This document shows positions 18,574-26,845 of a stretch of 64,000 nt of DNA, piece after piece. Position 1 is the stretch's first letter. Each line of letters starts with the position of its first letter. The stretch comes from an uncultured Flavobacteriales bacterium (lineage in GTDB: Bacteria > Bacteroidota > Bacteroidia > AKYH767-A > 2013-40CM-41-45). The translations under genes were made by a program, and so were the position numbers. Below the pieces are notes generated by a model that saw nothing but the letters and a program-made list of their open reading frames with translations, did no database searches and was not told the DNA's origin. The DNA is taken from assembly GCA_964355885.1 (NCBI GenBank), contig CAYHFJ010000003.1:2391-66390 (forward strand), in the 5' to 3' direction.

Positions 18574-19303
18574 GCGAATTGCAATTGTTACCGGAGCGGC
18601 TAATGGGATCGGGAAAGCCATTTCAAAAAGACTCACTTCCGAGGATTACTTTGTGATTCTTGCGGATATCAATAAAGCAGAAGGCAAAGATACTGAAATT
18701 GAATTAGGCACTGAAAAATCCCTGTTTATTTATTGCGACTGCAGCAATGAGAATAATGTGCTTCAACTCTTTCAAACGTTATATGATAAATTCAAAAGAA
18801 TAGACATTTTGGTAAATAATGCAGGAATTATCAGAGATAATATGATATGGAATATGCCGATTGAGGATTTTAACCTTGTCATGGATGTCAACCTGAAAGC
18901 AAGCTGGCTCATGTGCCGTGAAGCAGCCAAAGTTATGAAAGTCCAGAGGAGTGGCCGGATCGTAAACATCACTTCCCGCGCCTGGCTAGGCAATCGGGGG
19001 CAATCCAATTATTCAGCATCAAAAGCCGGAGTCATCGGACTAACACGAGTGCTGGCTCTTGAACTTGGTAAATACAATGTTCTGGTCAATGCCATTGCAC
19101 CAGGATTAATTGATACTCCATTAACACAAAAATTAGATAAAGAAGTTTTAGACAAACTAATAAATGCCCAACCAACAAATACTATGGGAAGGCCGGAAGA
19201 TATCGCTCATGTCGTTTCCTTCCTTGTATCAGACAAAACAAATTTTATTACAGGTCAAACTATTTATGTGGATGGTGGGAAAAGCATAGGAGCCGGAATT
19301 TAA
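18566..19303 (+). CDS. Short-chain dehydrogenase/reductase (FabG-like)
   Basis: 245 aa. Motifs VTGAANGIGKAI, NNAGI, YSASKAG and PGLIDTP. Confidence 0.85.
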   Translation: MNKRIAIVTGAANGIGKAISKRLTSEDYFVILADINKAEGKDTEIELGTEKSLFIYCDCSNENNVLQLFQTLYDKFKRIDILVNNAGIIRDNMIWNMPIEDFNLVMDVNLKASWLMCREAAKVMKVQRSGRIVNITSRAWLGNRGQSNYSASKAGVIGLTRVLALELGKYNVLVNAIAPGLIDTPLTQKLDKEVLDKLINAQPTNTMGRPEDIAHVVSFLVSDKTNFITGQTIYVDGGKSIGAGI

Positions 19304-19423
19304 TACAATGCCAATAAAATACCCGCTGGAGGAATAGTCCTATTGCTCTTAATCAGTTAAAAGAATCATAATAAATCAAAATAAATAATATCAGATACCT
19401 GATCATAGAATGGCAAATAAGAG

Positions 19424-22180
19424 ATGAAACATTTAAACCTGACAGTAAACGGTAAAGAATATCAAGTTCTTATCAAGGAGCATGAGATGCTTAGCTCTGT
19501 CCTTCGCGAGAAAATAGGTTTGACCGGAACAAAAATCGGATGTGAGCAAGGTAGTTGCGGAGCATGCACCATATTAGCCAATGATCAGCCGGTTTTAAGT
19601 TGTATCACTCCGGCATTACGATTCGAAGGAGCCAGTATTACTACAATAGAAGGGCTTTCCAATAATGGTAAATTGCATAAGCTGCAAGAAAAATTCGTGG
19701 AAAAAGGTGCCATTCAATGTGGCTTTTGTACTCCGGGAATGGTAATGACTGCCTTAGATTTTGTCAATCACAATCCAAAGCCTGACATTCAGGATATAAA
19801 AGAAGCACTTTCAGGAAACCTTTGCAGATGCACCGGTTACAAAAAAATCATAGAAGCGGTGGCAGAATTTGCCGCAGGAACAGAAGCACAATTACCTCCA
19901 GAAAATAAAGCACTTGGAGTCCCCAGACCAAACATTGAGGCGGTAAAAAAAGTACAAGGTATAGCGGAATATGCTGACGATATTAAAATTAAAAATGCAC
20001 TTCATTGCAAATTTCTGCGTAGTATATATCCTCATGCTCACATTGAGCACATTGATATATCTCTTGCAGAAAAACTACAGGGTGTACGGGCTATTTGCCT
20101 TGGTTCCGAGTTGCCTCAAAAATTTGGAGTGCTACCGATTTCACAGGACGAAACAGCCCTTGCCATCAACAAGACCAGATATATCGGTGAAATTGTTGCT
20201 GCCGTTGCCGCGGACACAGAAGAAATCGCGAAGGCAGCGTGTAGCCTTATAAAAGTCCGTTATAAACCATTAAAAGCATTCCTGACCATTGATGACTCCA
20301 TTAATGATGTCGGCGAAAACGAAAAAATTCATGCACATACAAAATTCAACAACAACATTCACAAAAAAGCCGAACTTCGATTTGGAGATCAGAAGAAAGG
20401 ATTAGAATCCGCGGAAGTTCGAAGTAAAATGAGCTTCGAATTTGAAGGAGTGAGTCACGCTTTTACCGAGCCACATGCCGCGACAGCCTATTGGGATGAA
20501 AATGGATTGACAATCATCACAGCAACTCAGGTTCCACATTATTTACATCGGGCTTTGTCAAAAGTGCTTGAAGTTCCTTTGTATAAAGTTCGGGTTATCA
20601 AACCATATATTGGAGGAGGTTTTGGTGGCAAGAGTGATCCTTTCCCTCATGAAATAATTATATCTCATCTTGCCAGAAAAAGCGGGAAACCGGTGAAAGT
20701 CAGATTTTCACGAGAAGAAGTTTTTTTGAGTAATCATGGAAGACATCCGTCAAAGATGACCGTTGAATTAGGAGCAGACAAGGAAGGTACACTTCAGGTT
20801 ATAGATGCTGATATTGACATTGACGGTGGTGCTTATGGAAGCTTTGGGGTGGTCACATCATACTATAATGGCGTGCTTTTACAGGCTCCTTACAAAATTG
20901 ACAATCTGGGATTTCGCACTTTCAGGGTTTATACAAACAAACCCCAATCAGGTGCCATGCGTGGACATGGAGCTGTAAACTCCCGTTTTGCTGTGGAGTG
21001 CATCATTGATGACTTAGCAGAAAAAATAAAAATGGATCCCTGCGAGATGAGAATGAAAAATTTTATCAGCTCAAACACCCTTACAGTAGGAGAATACAGA
21101 ATTACATCGAATGGAAGCAGGGAGTCTCTCGCGGCCGTGATGAAACAATCCGACTGGAAAAACAAATACAGAAAACTACCTTTTGGTCATGGCATTGGAG
21201 TTGGTTGCGGGTTCTTTATCAGCGGTAGTGCTTTACCAATTATAAGGAATGAATTACCACAATCTGTTGTTCATCTGAAAGTTGATTTTGATGGGAGGGT
21301 CATTATTTATTCCGGTACCAGCGATCTTGGTCAAGGAAGTGATACCATGCTTGCAATCGTCGTTTCAGAGGTGTTGGGAATAGACTTCGAAAAAATATTT
21401 GTTCTTGCCGGTGACACCATGCTTACACCGGTAGATTTAGGAAGCTATTCAAGTCGTGTGACCATGATGGCAGGCAATGCGGCTAAAATGGCCGCTGAAA
21501 ATTTGAAAAATGAAATTCTTTCAGCAGTTAGCAAACAAAAAAGTATCGCGGAGGACGAATTGAATTTTTCTGAAAACAGGGTATACTCCAATGACAAATC
21601 GCTTGACCTAAGCTGGAATGAAGCAATTGATATTGTGACAGCAAAAAGAGGAGCCATTACAGTTAGCGGTCACTACATTTCCCCTAAATTAGGCGGAAAT
21701 TTTAAAGGAGCAGGTGCAGGATTAAGTCCATCTTATAGCTTCGGAGCAGTGGTAGCTGAAGTGAAAGTTGATAAAGGCACCGGCTTAGTGAAAGTATTAA
21801 ATTTTTGGGGTGCTCATGACTGTGGGAAAGCGATAAACCCATTAGCCGTTGAAGGGCAACTGGAAGGTTCCTGGCATATGGGTCTTGGACAGGCCATGAG
21901 TGAACAAATGAAATACTTCAACGGATTAATTATGAATAATAATTTTCTTGACTACAAAATTCCCACTTCCCTTGATACACCCAATATACAGAGCACCATC
22001 ATTGAATCCATTGATCCTGAAGGACCTTTCGGTGCAAAAGAATGTGGTGAAGGCGCGCTACATCCTGCCCTGCCTGCCATTGCCAACGCTATCTACGATG
22101 CTGTAGGAATTCGCATTTTAAAATTACCAATAAGTTCAGAAGAAATATTAAAGCAGCTGAAAGAAAAACATTTACCATAG
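19424..22180 (+). CDS. Xanthine-dehydrogenase-family molybdoenzyme with fused [2Fe-2S] (gamma-like) and molybdopterin-binding (alpha-like) subunits; 4-hydroxybenzoyl-CoA reductase HcrC-HcrA-like
   Basis: 918 aa. N-terminal 150 aa: GCEQGSCGACT, CGFCTPGM and CRCTGY (two 2Fe-2S sites). Remainder: IGGGFGGKSD, SDLGQGSDTML and the active-site region GAKECGEGA. Confidence 0.75.
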   Translation: MKHLNLTVNGKEYQVLIKEHEMLSSVLREKIGLTGTKIGCEQGSCGACTILANDQPVLSCITPALRFEGASITTIEGLSNNGKLHKLQEKFVEKGAIQCGFCTPGMVMTALDFVNHNPKPDIQDIKEALSGNLCRCTGYKKIIEAVAEFAAGTEAQLPPENKALGVPRPNIEAVKKVQGIAEYADDIKIKNALHCKFLRSIYPHAHIEHIDISLAEKLQGVRAICLGSELPQKFGVLPISQDETALAINKTRYIGEIVAAVAADTEEIAKAACSLIKVRYKPLKAFLTIDDSINDVGENEKIHAHTKFNNNIHKKAELRFGDQKKGLESAEVRSKMSFEFEGVSHAFTEPHAATAYWDENGLTIITATQVPHYLHRALSKVLEVPLYKVRVIKPYIGGGFGGKSDPFPHEIIISHLARKSGKPVKVRFSREEVFLSNHGRHPSKMTVELGADKEGTLQVIDADIDIDGGAYGSFGVVTSYYNGVLLQAPYKIDNLGFRTFRVYTNKPQSGAMRGHGAVNSRFAVECIIDDLAEKIKMDPCEMRMKNFISSNTLTVGEYRITSNGSRESLAAVMKQSDWKNKYRKLPFGHGIGVGCGFFISGSALPIIRNELPQSVVHLKVDFDGRVIIYSGTSDLGQGSDTMLAIVVSEVLGIDFEKIFVLAGDTMLTPVDLGSYSSRVTMMAGNAAKMAAENLKNEILSAVSKQKSIAEDELNFSENRVYSNDKSLDLSWNEAIDIVTAKRGAITVSGHYISPKLGGNFKGAGAGLSPSYSFGAVVAEVKVDKGTGLVKVLNFWGAHDCGKAINPLAVEGQLEGSWHMGLGQAMSEQMKYFNGLIMNNNFLDYKIPTSLDTPNIQSTIIESIDPEGPFGAKECGEGALHPALPAIANAIYDAVGIRILKLPISSEEILKQLKEKHLP

Positions 22181-22181
22181 T

Positions 22182-23111
22182 TTGAAAATCATGCTTGAAG
22201 AAAACACATATTACAAACCGGCGACTTTATCGGAGGCCTTTAGTTTAGCGAAAAGTAATAAAGAAATATTTCGCTTCATGGCCGGAGGTACGGATTTCCT
22301 GGTAAATAAATTTCAGGGAACAGAATCAGCTCGATGCATCATTGACCTGACCGGGATTGCAGAATTAAAAAACATTAAAACAGAAGACGGATATCTGAAA
22401 ATCGGTTCCCTTATCCGGTTAGATGAATTAAAGAATATACCAGAAATAAAAAATGAATTTCCGGTTTTACTTGAGGCTGTTCAATCCATCGCCACTCCTG
22501 TAATCAGAAAAACGGCTACCCTTGGAGGAAACATACTCTGCGAAAACAGATGTACTTTCTTTAATCAGTCGGAATGGTGGCGTGAAGCCGTAGGATATTG
22601 CCTTAAATGTGATGGAGATATCTGTATCGCCACAGGAGGTAAAAAGGCCTGCTTTTCAAAATTTGTTTCAGATACTGCCCCAATACTGATAAGCATGAAT
22701 GCATTAATTGAAACCATAGAAGGAGAAAACGTTTCGATAAAACCATTAGAAAGTATTTATTCGGGCGATGGAACGAAGCCAAGAAACCTGTCAAAAAATA
22801 CGATTGTAAAATCGATTCATTTACCCTTACATCAACAATTCCGCTGCACTTTTACAAAGTTGAGACAAAGAGAAAGCATGGATTTTACCTCACTAAGCTT
22901 TGCAACGTCGATCACTAAATCAGGAAAAATAAAAATTGTTGTTGGCGGCGTAGATTCCAAGCCAATTGTGATAGATGGAACAGAAGACGATAACAAAAAC
23001 GAATTAATCAACCAAGCCGTTAAAAAATCCAAAATTGTTGATAATGATTTTTTCTCCAGAAATTATCGGAAAGAAATGATAAAGGTGTTTGGAGAAAATA
23101 GTTTCAAATAG
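22182..23111 (+). CDS. FAD-binding subunit of the XDH-family enzyme (CoxM/HcrB-like) with a Cys-rich insertion
   Basis: 309 aa from TTG 22182 (in-frame ATG at 22191). Motifs FMAGGTDFLV and ATLGGNI. Start is 1 nt after the upstream stop. Confidence 0.75.
   Translation: MKIMLEENTYYKPATLSEAFSLAKSNKEIFRFMAGGTDFLVNKFQGTESARCIIDLTGIAELKNIKTEDGYLKIGSLIRLDELKNIPEIKNEFPVLLEAVQSIATPVIRKTATLGGNILCENRCTFFNQSEWWREAVGYCLKCDGDICIATGGKKACFSKFVSDTAPILISMNALIETIEGENVSIKPLESIYSGDGTKPRNLSKNTIVKSIHLPLHQQFRCTFTKLRQRESMDFTSLSFATSITKSGKIKIVVGGVDSKPIVIDGTEDDNKNELINQAVKKSKIVDNDFFSRNYRKEMIKVFGENSFK
22539..22652 (+). other. Cys-rich loop in the FAD subunit (candidate extra [4Fe-4S] site)
   Basis: CENRCTFFNQSEWWREAVGYCLKCDGDICIATGGKKAC. 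Cys at residues 120, 124, 140, 143, 148 and 157, numbered from 22182. Confidence 0.55.
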
Positions 23112-23328
23112 AATAACTATTTAATATACCATCTATCATTCACGTATTATAAGTTCATGTAATATCTTTTTCTGCCCACCTCCTTCCAGTTTTGTTCAGA
23201 TTAATACAAGTTTGCATTGTTGATATAGATTTTTTAATTTTATATACATTTAAGTACAAGTTCTTCTGATAAAAATCATAAATGGAATAAATAATTCTGA
23301 TTTATTTGAAGTAATTTTAGAACATAGC

Positions 23329-24561
23329 ATGAAATATGACTCTATTAAAAATAAAGTAGTATCCGTTCATTCTTCTCCAAATCTTTTGCGGCAGAAAATG
23401 AAAAAGTATACCGAGCCCCAGAAAATTCAGGATCTTGGGCTCTACCCATATTTTAGGGTCATTGGATCGGAACAAAATACTACAGTTACTCTCGAAGGGA
23501 AGACAGTCCTGATGTTTGGTTCCAACAGTTATCTTGGACTGACAAATCATCCATACATCAAAGAGAAGGTAAAAGAAGCCGTTGATACCTATGGTTCAGG
23601 ATGCGCAGGATCACGATTTTTAAATGGAACCCTGGATATTCATATAGAGCTGGAAGAACGACTGGCAGAGCTGGTTGGCAAAGAAAGTGTGCTGGTCTTC
23701 AGCACAGGATTTCAGGCAAATCTTGGTATACTTTCTTGCTTGCTGGGGCGTCATGACTATATGTTACTCGACAGTTTAAATCATGCTTCCATTATTGATG
23801 GATCAAGATTATCATTTTCGCATTCCGTAAAATTCAATCACAATGATATGGAGGATTTGGAACTCCAACTTAAAAAATGCGATGCCAGCAAAATTAAATT
23901 AATCGTTGTGGACGGTATTTTCAGTATGGAAGGAGATATCGTTAACCTTCCCGGAATCGCAAAGTTAGCTGAAATGTATGGTGCCTCTGTGATGGTCGAC
24001 GATGCCCATGCCCTGGGTGTTATAGGAGAAGGCGGAAGTGGTACCGGCTCCCATTTCCGGCTCAACGATCAGGTGGATATTATAATGGGAACATTCAGTA
24101 AATCATTGGGATCCATAGGTGGTTTTGCCGCAGCAGATAAAGACACTATTAATTACCTGAAACATCATGCGCGCTCACTCATCTTTAGTGCGAGTATTTC
24201 TCCAGCCGGTGCTGCAGCAGCTTTAGCCGCGATTGATATTATGAAAATGGAACCTGAACGAATTGATGCTTTATGGCGCAATACCAATCATGCCTTGAAG
24301 GAACTAAAGCGATTGGGATTTGACACCGGCCAAAGTTGCACGCCAATCATTCCCATTTATATCCGTGATAACATGAGGACCTTTCGACTGAGCAAAATGT
24401 TGTTAGATCAGGGAATTTTTGTAAATCCAATAACAGCACCGGCTACAGCTATCGATCTCACACTTATACGTTTCAGTCTCATGGCAACACATACCCTGGA
24501 TCAAATTGACGAAGCAATTGAAAAGATTTATAACACTTCTAAAAAATTATCTATAATTTAA
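23329..24561 (+). CDS. PLP-dependent alpha-oxoamine synthase (serine palmitoyltransferase / cysteate-acyl transferase / KBL-like)
   Basis: 410 aa (alternative start MKKYTEPQ at 23398). Motifs SNSYLGL, DDAHALG and the PLP Lys in GTFSKSLGSIGGF. Confidence 0.8.
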   Translation: MKYDSIKNKVVSVHSSPNLLRQKMKKYTEPQKIQDLGLYPYFRVIGSEQNTTVTLEGKTVLMFGSNSYLGLTNHPYIKEKVKEAVDTYGSGCAGSRFLNGTLDIHIELEERLAELVGKESVLVFSTGFQANLGILSCLLGRHDYMLLDSLNHASIIDGSRLSFSHSVKFNHNDMEDLELQLKKCDASKIKLIVVDGIFSMEGDIVNLPGIAKLAEMYGASVMVDDAHALGVIGEGGSGTGSHFRLNDQVDIIMGTFSKSLGSIGGFAAADKDTINYLKHHARSLIFSASISPAGAAAALAAIDIMKMEPERIDALWRNTNHALKELKRLGFDTGQSCTPIIPIYIRDNMRTFRLSKMLLDQGIFVNPITAPATAIDLTLIRFSLMATHTLDQIDEAIEKIYNTSKKLSII

Positions 24562-24562
24562 A

Positions 24563-25690
24563 ATGACAGGGGTCTACATAGAGGAAGTTAAAGACAGAAG
24601 CGATTTCGGACATTTTATTAATTTCCCATATAAACTTTATAAGGGGAACAGGTACTATGTTCCCCCACTGAAATTTGATGAGGCTTCAACTCTGGACAAG
24701 AAAAAAAATCCCGCATTCGAGTACTGCGACGCTCGTCTGTGGCTTGCGAAGGAGAATGGAAAAGTTGTAGGCAGGATAGCAGGGATTCTCAATCATGCGT
24801 TCATTCAGAAATGGGGAAAGCGATACATGCGCTTTGGGTGGATGGATTTTATTCCCGATCCGCAAGTAGCTAAAAAACTTCTTGACAAAGTATCCGAATG
24901 GGCAAGAGAAAATAATTGCGAAGCAATCCATGGCCCTATGGGTTTTACAGACCTGGATCATGAAGGCATGTTGATTGAAGGATTTGAAGAAACCGGAACT
25001 CTTGCTACGATTTATAATTATTCGTATTACCCCCAATATATGGAACAGCTCGGGTATGTGAAAGATATCGACTGGAAAGAATTTAAAATAAAAGTTCCGG
25101 AAAAAGTTCCGGAAAAAGTTGAACGTCTTGCTACTGTGATTGAGAACAAATTTAACCTGAAGGTAGTAAAAGCAAAAAAAGCGAAAGAAATTTTAAACTA
25201 CGCATCACAAGTATTTGATCTGATTAATAAATCTTACGCACATCTGTATGGAGTAGTGGAATTGACAGATAAACAGATTACATATTACACAAAACAATAT
25301 TTCTCGTTTATTAAGACAGATTATGTATCATTGGTAACAGATTCCAATGATCGGTTAATTGCTTTTGCGATAACCATGCCTTCTTTATCAGTCGCGCTCC
25401 AAAAATGCAAGGGCAATCTTTTTCCATTTGGTATTTTTCATCTTCTGGGAGCTTTGAAGAAAAATAAATTGGCGGACATGTATCTGGTAGCCGTCCATCC
25501 GGAATGGCAAGGGAAAGGAATAAATGCAATTCTTATGCGTGAGATAACACGCAATTACATTAATAATGGAGTCGAATTTGCTGAAACTAATCCAGAGCTG
25601 GAAGACAATACTGCAGTACAAGCCATCTGGGATTATTATGAATGCCATCAACATAAACGGCGCAGATGCTATATTGGGTATTTGAGTTAA
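24563..25690 (+). CDS. GNAT-superfamily N-acyltransferase (375 aa long form)
   Basis: C-terminal acyl-CoA binding motif VAVHPEWQGKGINAILMRE. Start is 1 nt after the upstream stop. Confidence 0.6.
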   Translation: MTGVYIEEVKDRSDFGHFINFPYKLYKGNRYYVPPLKFDEASTLDKKKNPAFEYCDARLWLAKENGKVVGRIAGILNHAFIQKWGKRYMRFGWMDFIPDPQVAKKLLDKVSEWARENNCEAIHGPMGFTDLDHEGMLIEGFEETGTLATIYNYSYYPQYMEQLGYVKDIDWKEFKIKVPEKVPEKVERLATVIENKFNLKVVKAKKAKEILNYASQVFDLINKSYAHLYGVVELTDKQITYYTKQYFSFIKTDYVSLVTDSNDRLIAFAITMPSLSVALQKCKGNLFPFGIFHLLGALKKNKLADMYLVAVHPEWQGKGINAILMREITRNYINNGVEFAETNPELEDNTAVQAIWDYYECHQHKRRRCYIGYLS

Positions 25691-25696
25691 AAACAA

Positions 25697-26710
25697 ATGT
25701 CGGAACGAAAAAAAATATTGATTACAGGTGCCAGTGGTTTTATTGGAAGCCATCTTACTGAAGAGGCACTCGATGCCGGATATGAAGTTTATGCCGGAAT
25801 CCGAAAATCAAGCAGCAAACAATTTCTGAAAAATGATGCCATACAGTTTCTGGACATGGATTTATCTTCAGAAGATCAACTTGCAGAATTATTTAACAAG
25901 ACCTTTAAAGACCAGAAAGCATTTGATTTCATAATACATAATGCCGGTGTCACCGCAGCCAGAACTAAATCTGAATTTCATCTGGTCAACTTTGAATTCA
26001 CCAACAACCTGATAAACGCGCTCATCTCTTCCGGATCAATCCCTCAACGCTTTATCGCGATAAGTTCTCTTGCAGTCTATGGACCCGGTGATCCAAAATC
26101 AAAAACCCCTATCAGGTCTGACAGCTTACCTTCTCCCATTAGTGCCTATGGGCGCAGTAAAAGGAAAGCGGAACAATTCCTCGAAGGAATACAATCTTTT
26201 CCGATTCAGATTATTGAACCTGCTGCCGTATATGGCCCGCGTGACCGCGACTTTCTTTCCTACTTCAAAATGGTGAATAGTCATTTTGAACCTATGATCG
26301 GTACAAATGAACAACATCTCTCTTTTGTATATGTTAAAGATCTAGCGAAAGGAATTCTCCGGCTTTTATCAAAACCAATCATTCGGAAAAAATATCTGGT
26401 ATCAGACACTAAAATTTACAGCAAAAAGGAGCTTGGTCGGATCATAAGTGAACTATATAAAGTTAGAACGCTTCGTGTTCAGGTTCCTCTTTCACTTCTT
26501 TTACCAATAGCCTATTTCATGGAATTCATATATGGTATGGCCGGTACAAGACCCTTCCTGAATCCAGAAAAAATTCGTGAAATAAGCAGTTCAAACTGGA
26601 TTTGTGACAGTACTGATTTCTGGAATGATATTGAATCATTTCCGGAAACTGATTTAACTGAAGGACTCAGGATTACAGGTGAATGGTACCGTACAAATGG
26701 ATGGCTATAA
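25697..26710 (+). CDS. NAD(P)-dependent epimerase/dehydratase-fold reductase (extended SDR)
   Basis: 337 aa. Motifs ILITGASGFIGSHL and YGRSKRKAE (YxxxK). Confidence 0.75.
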   Translation: MSERKKILITGASGFIGSHLTEEALDAGYEVYAGIRKSSSKQFLKNDAIQFLDMDLSSEDQLAELFNKTFKDQKAFDFIIHNAGVTAARTKSEFHLVNFEFTNNLINALISSGSIPQRFIAISSLAVYGPGDPKSKTPIRSDSLPSPISAYGRSKRKAEQFLEGIQSFPIQIIEPAAVYGPRDRDFLSYFKMVNSHFEPMIGTNEQHLSFVYVKDLAKGILRLLSKPIIRKKYLVSDTKIYSKKELGRIISELYKVRTLRVQVPLSLLLPIAYFMEFIYGMAGTRPFLNPEKIREISSSNWICDSTDFWNDIESFPETDLTEGLRITGEWYRTNGWL

Positions 26711-26845
26711 AAATGCTGTCGAAAATAAATAGAAAAAAATCTCTTGTATAAGATGGCTTGAATAATTTCACGCAAAAAAAAACCACCTTCTATTGGTTGT
26801 CGAAGTGACATGTTCTGATGAGCTTGCACACCTAGAAATTCAATA

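Noticed and set aside
19304-19423. A possible molybdenum-cofactor riboswitch or other leader upstream of the Mo enzyme gene.
   Set aside because: Only a 5-bp hairpin (atcag/ctgat) is visible. None of the conserved Moco-RNA motif segments I remember could be found.
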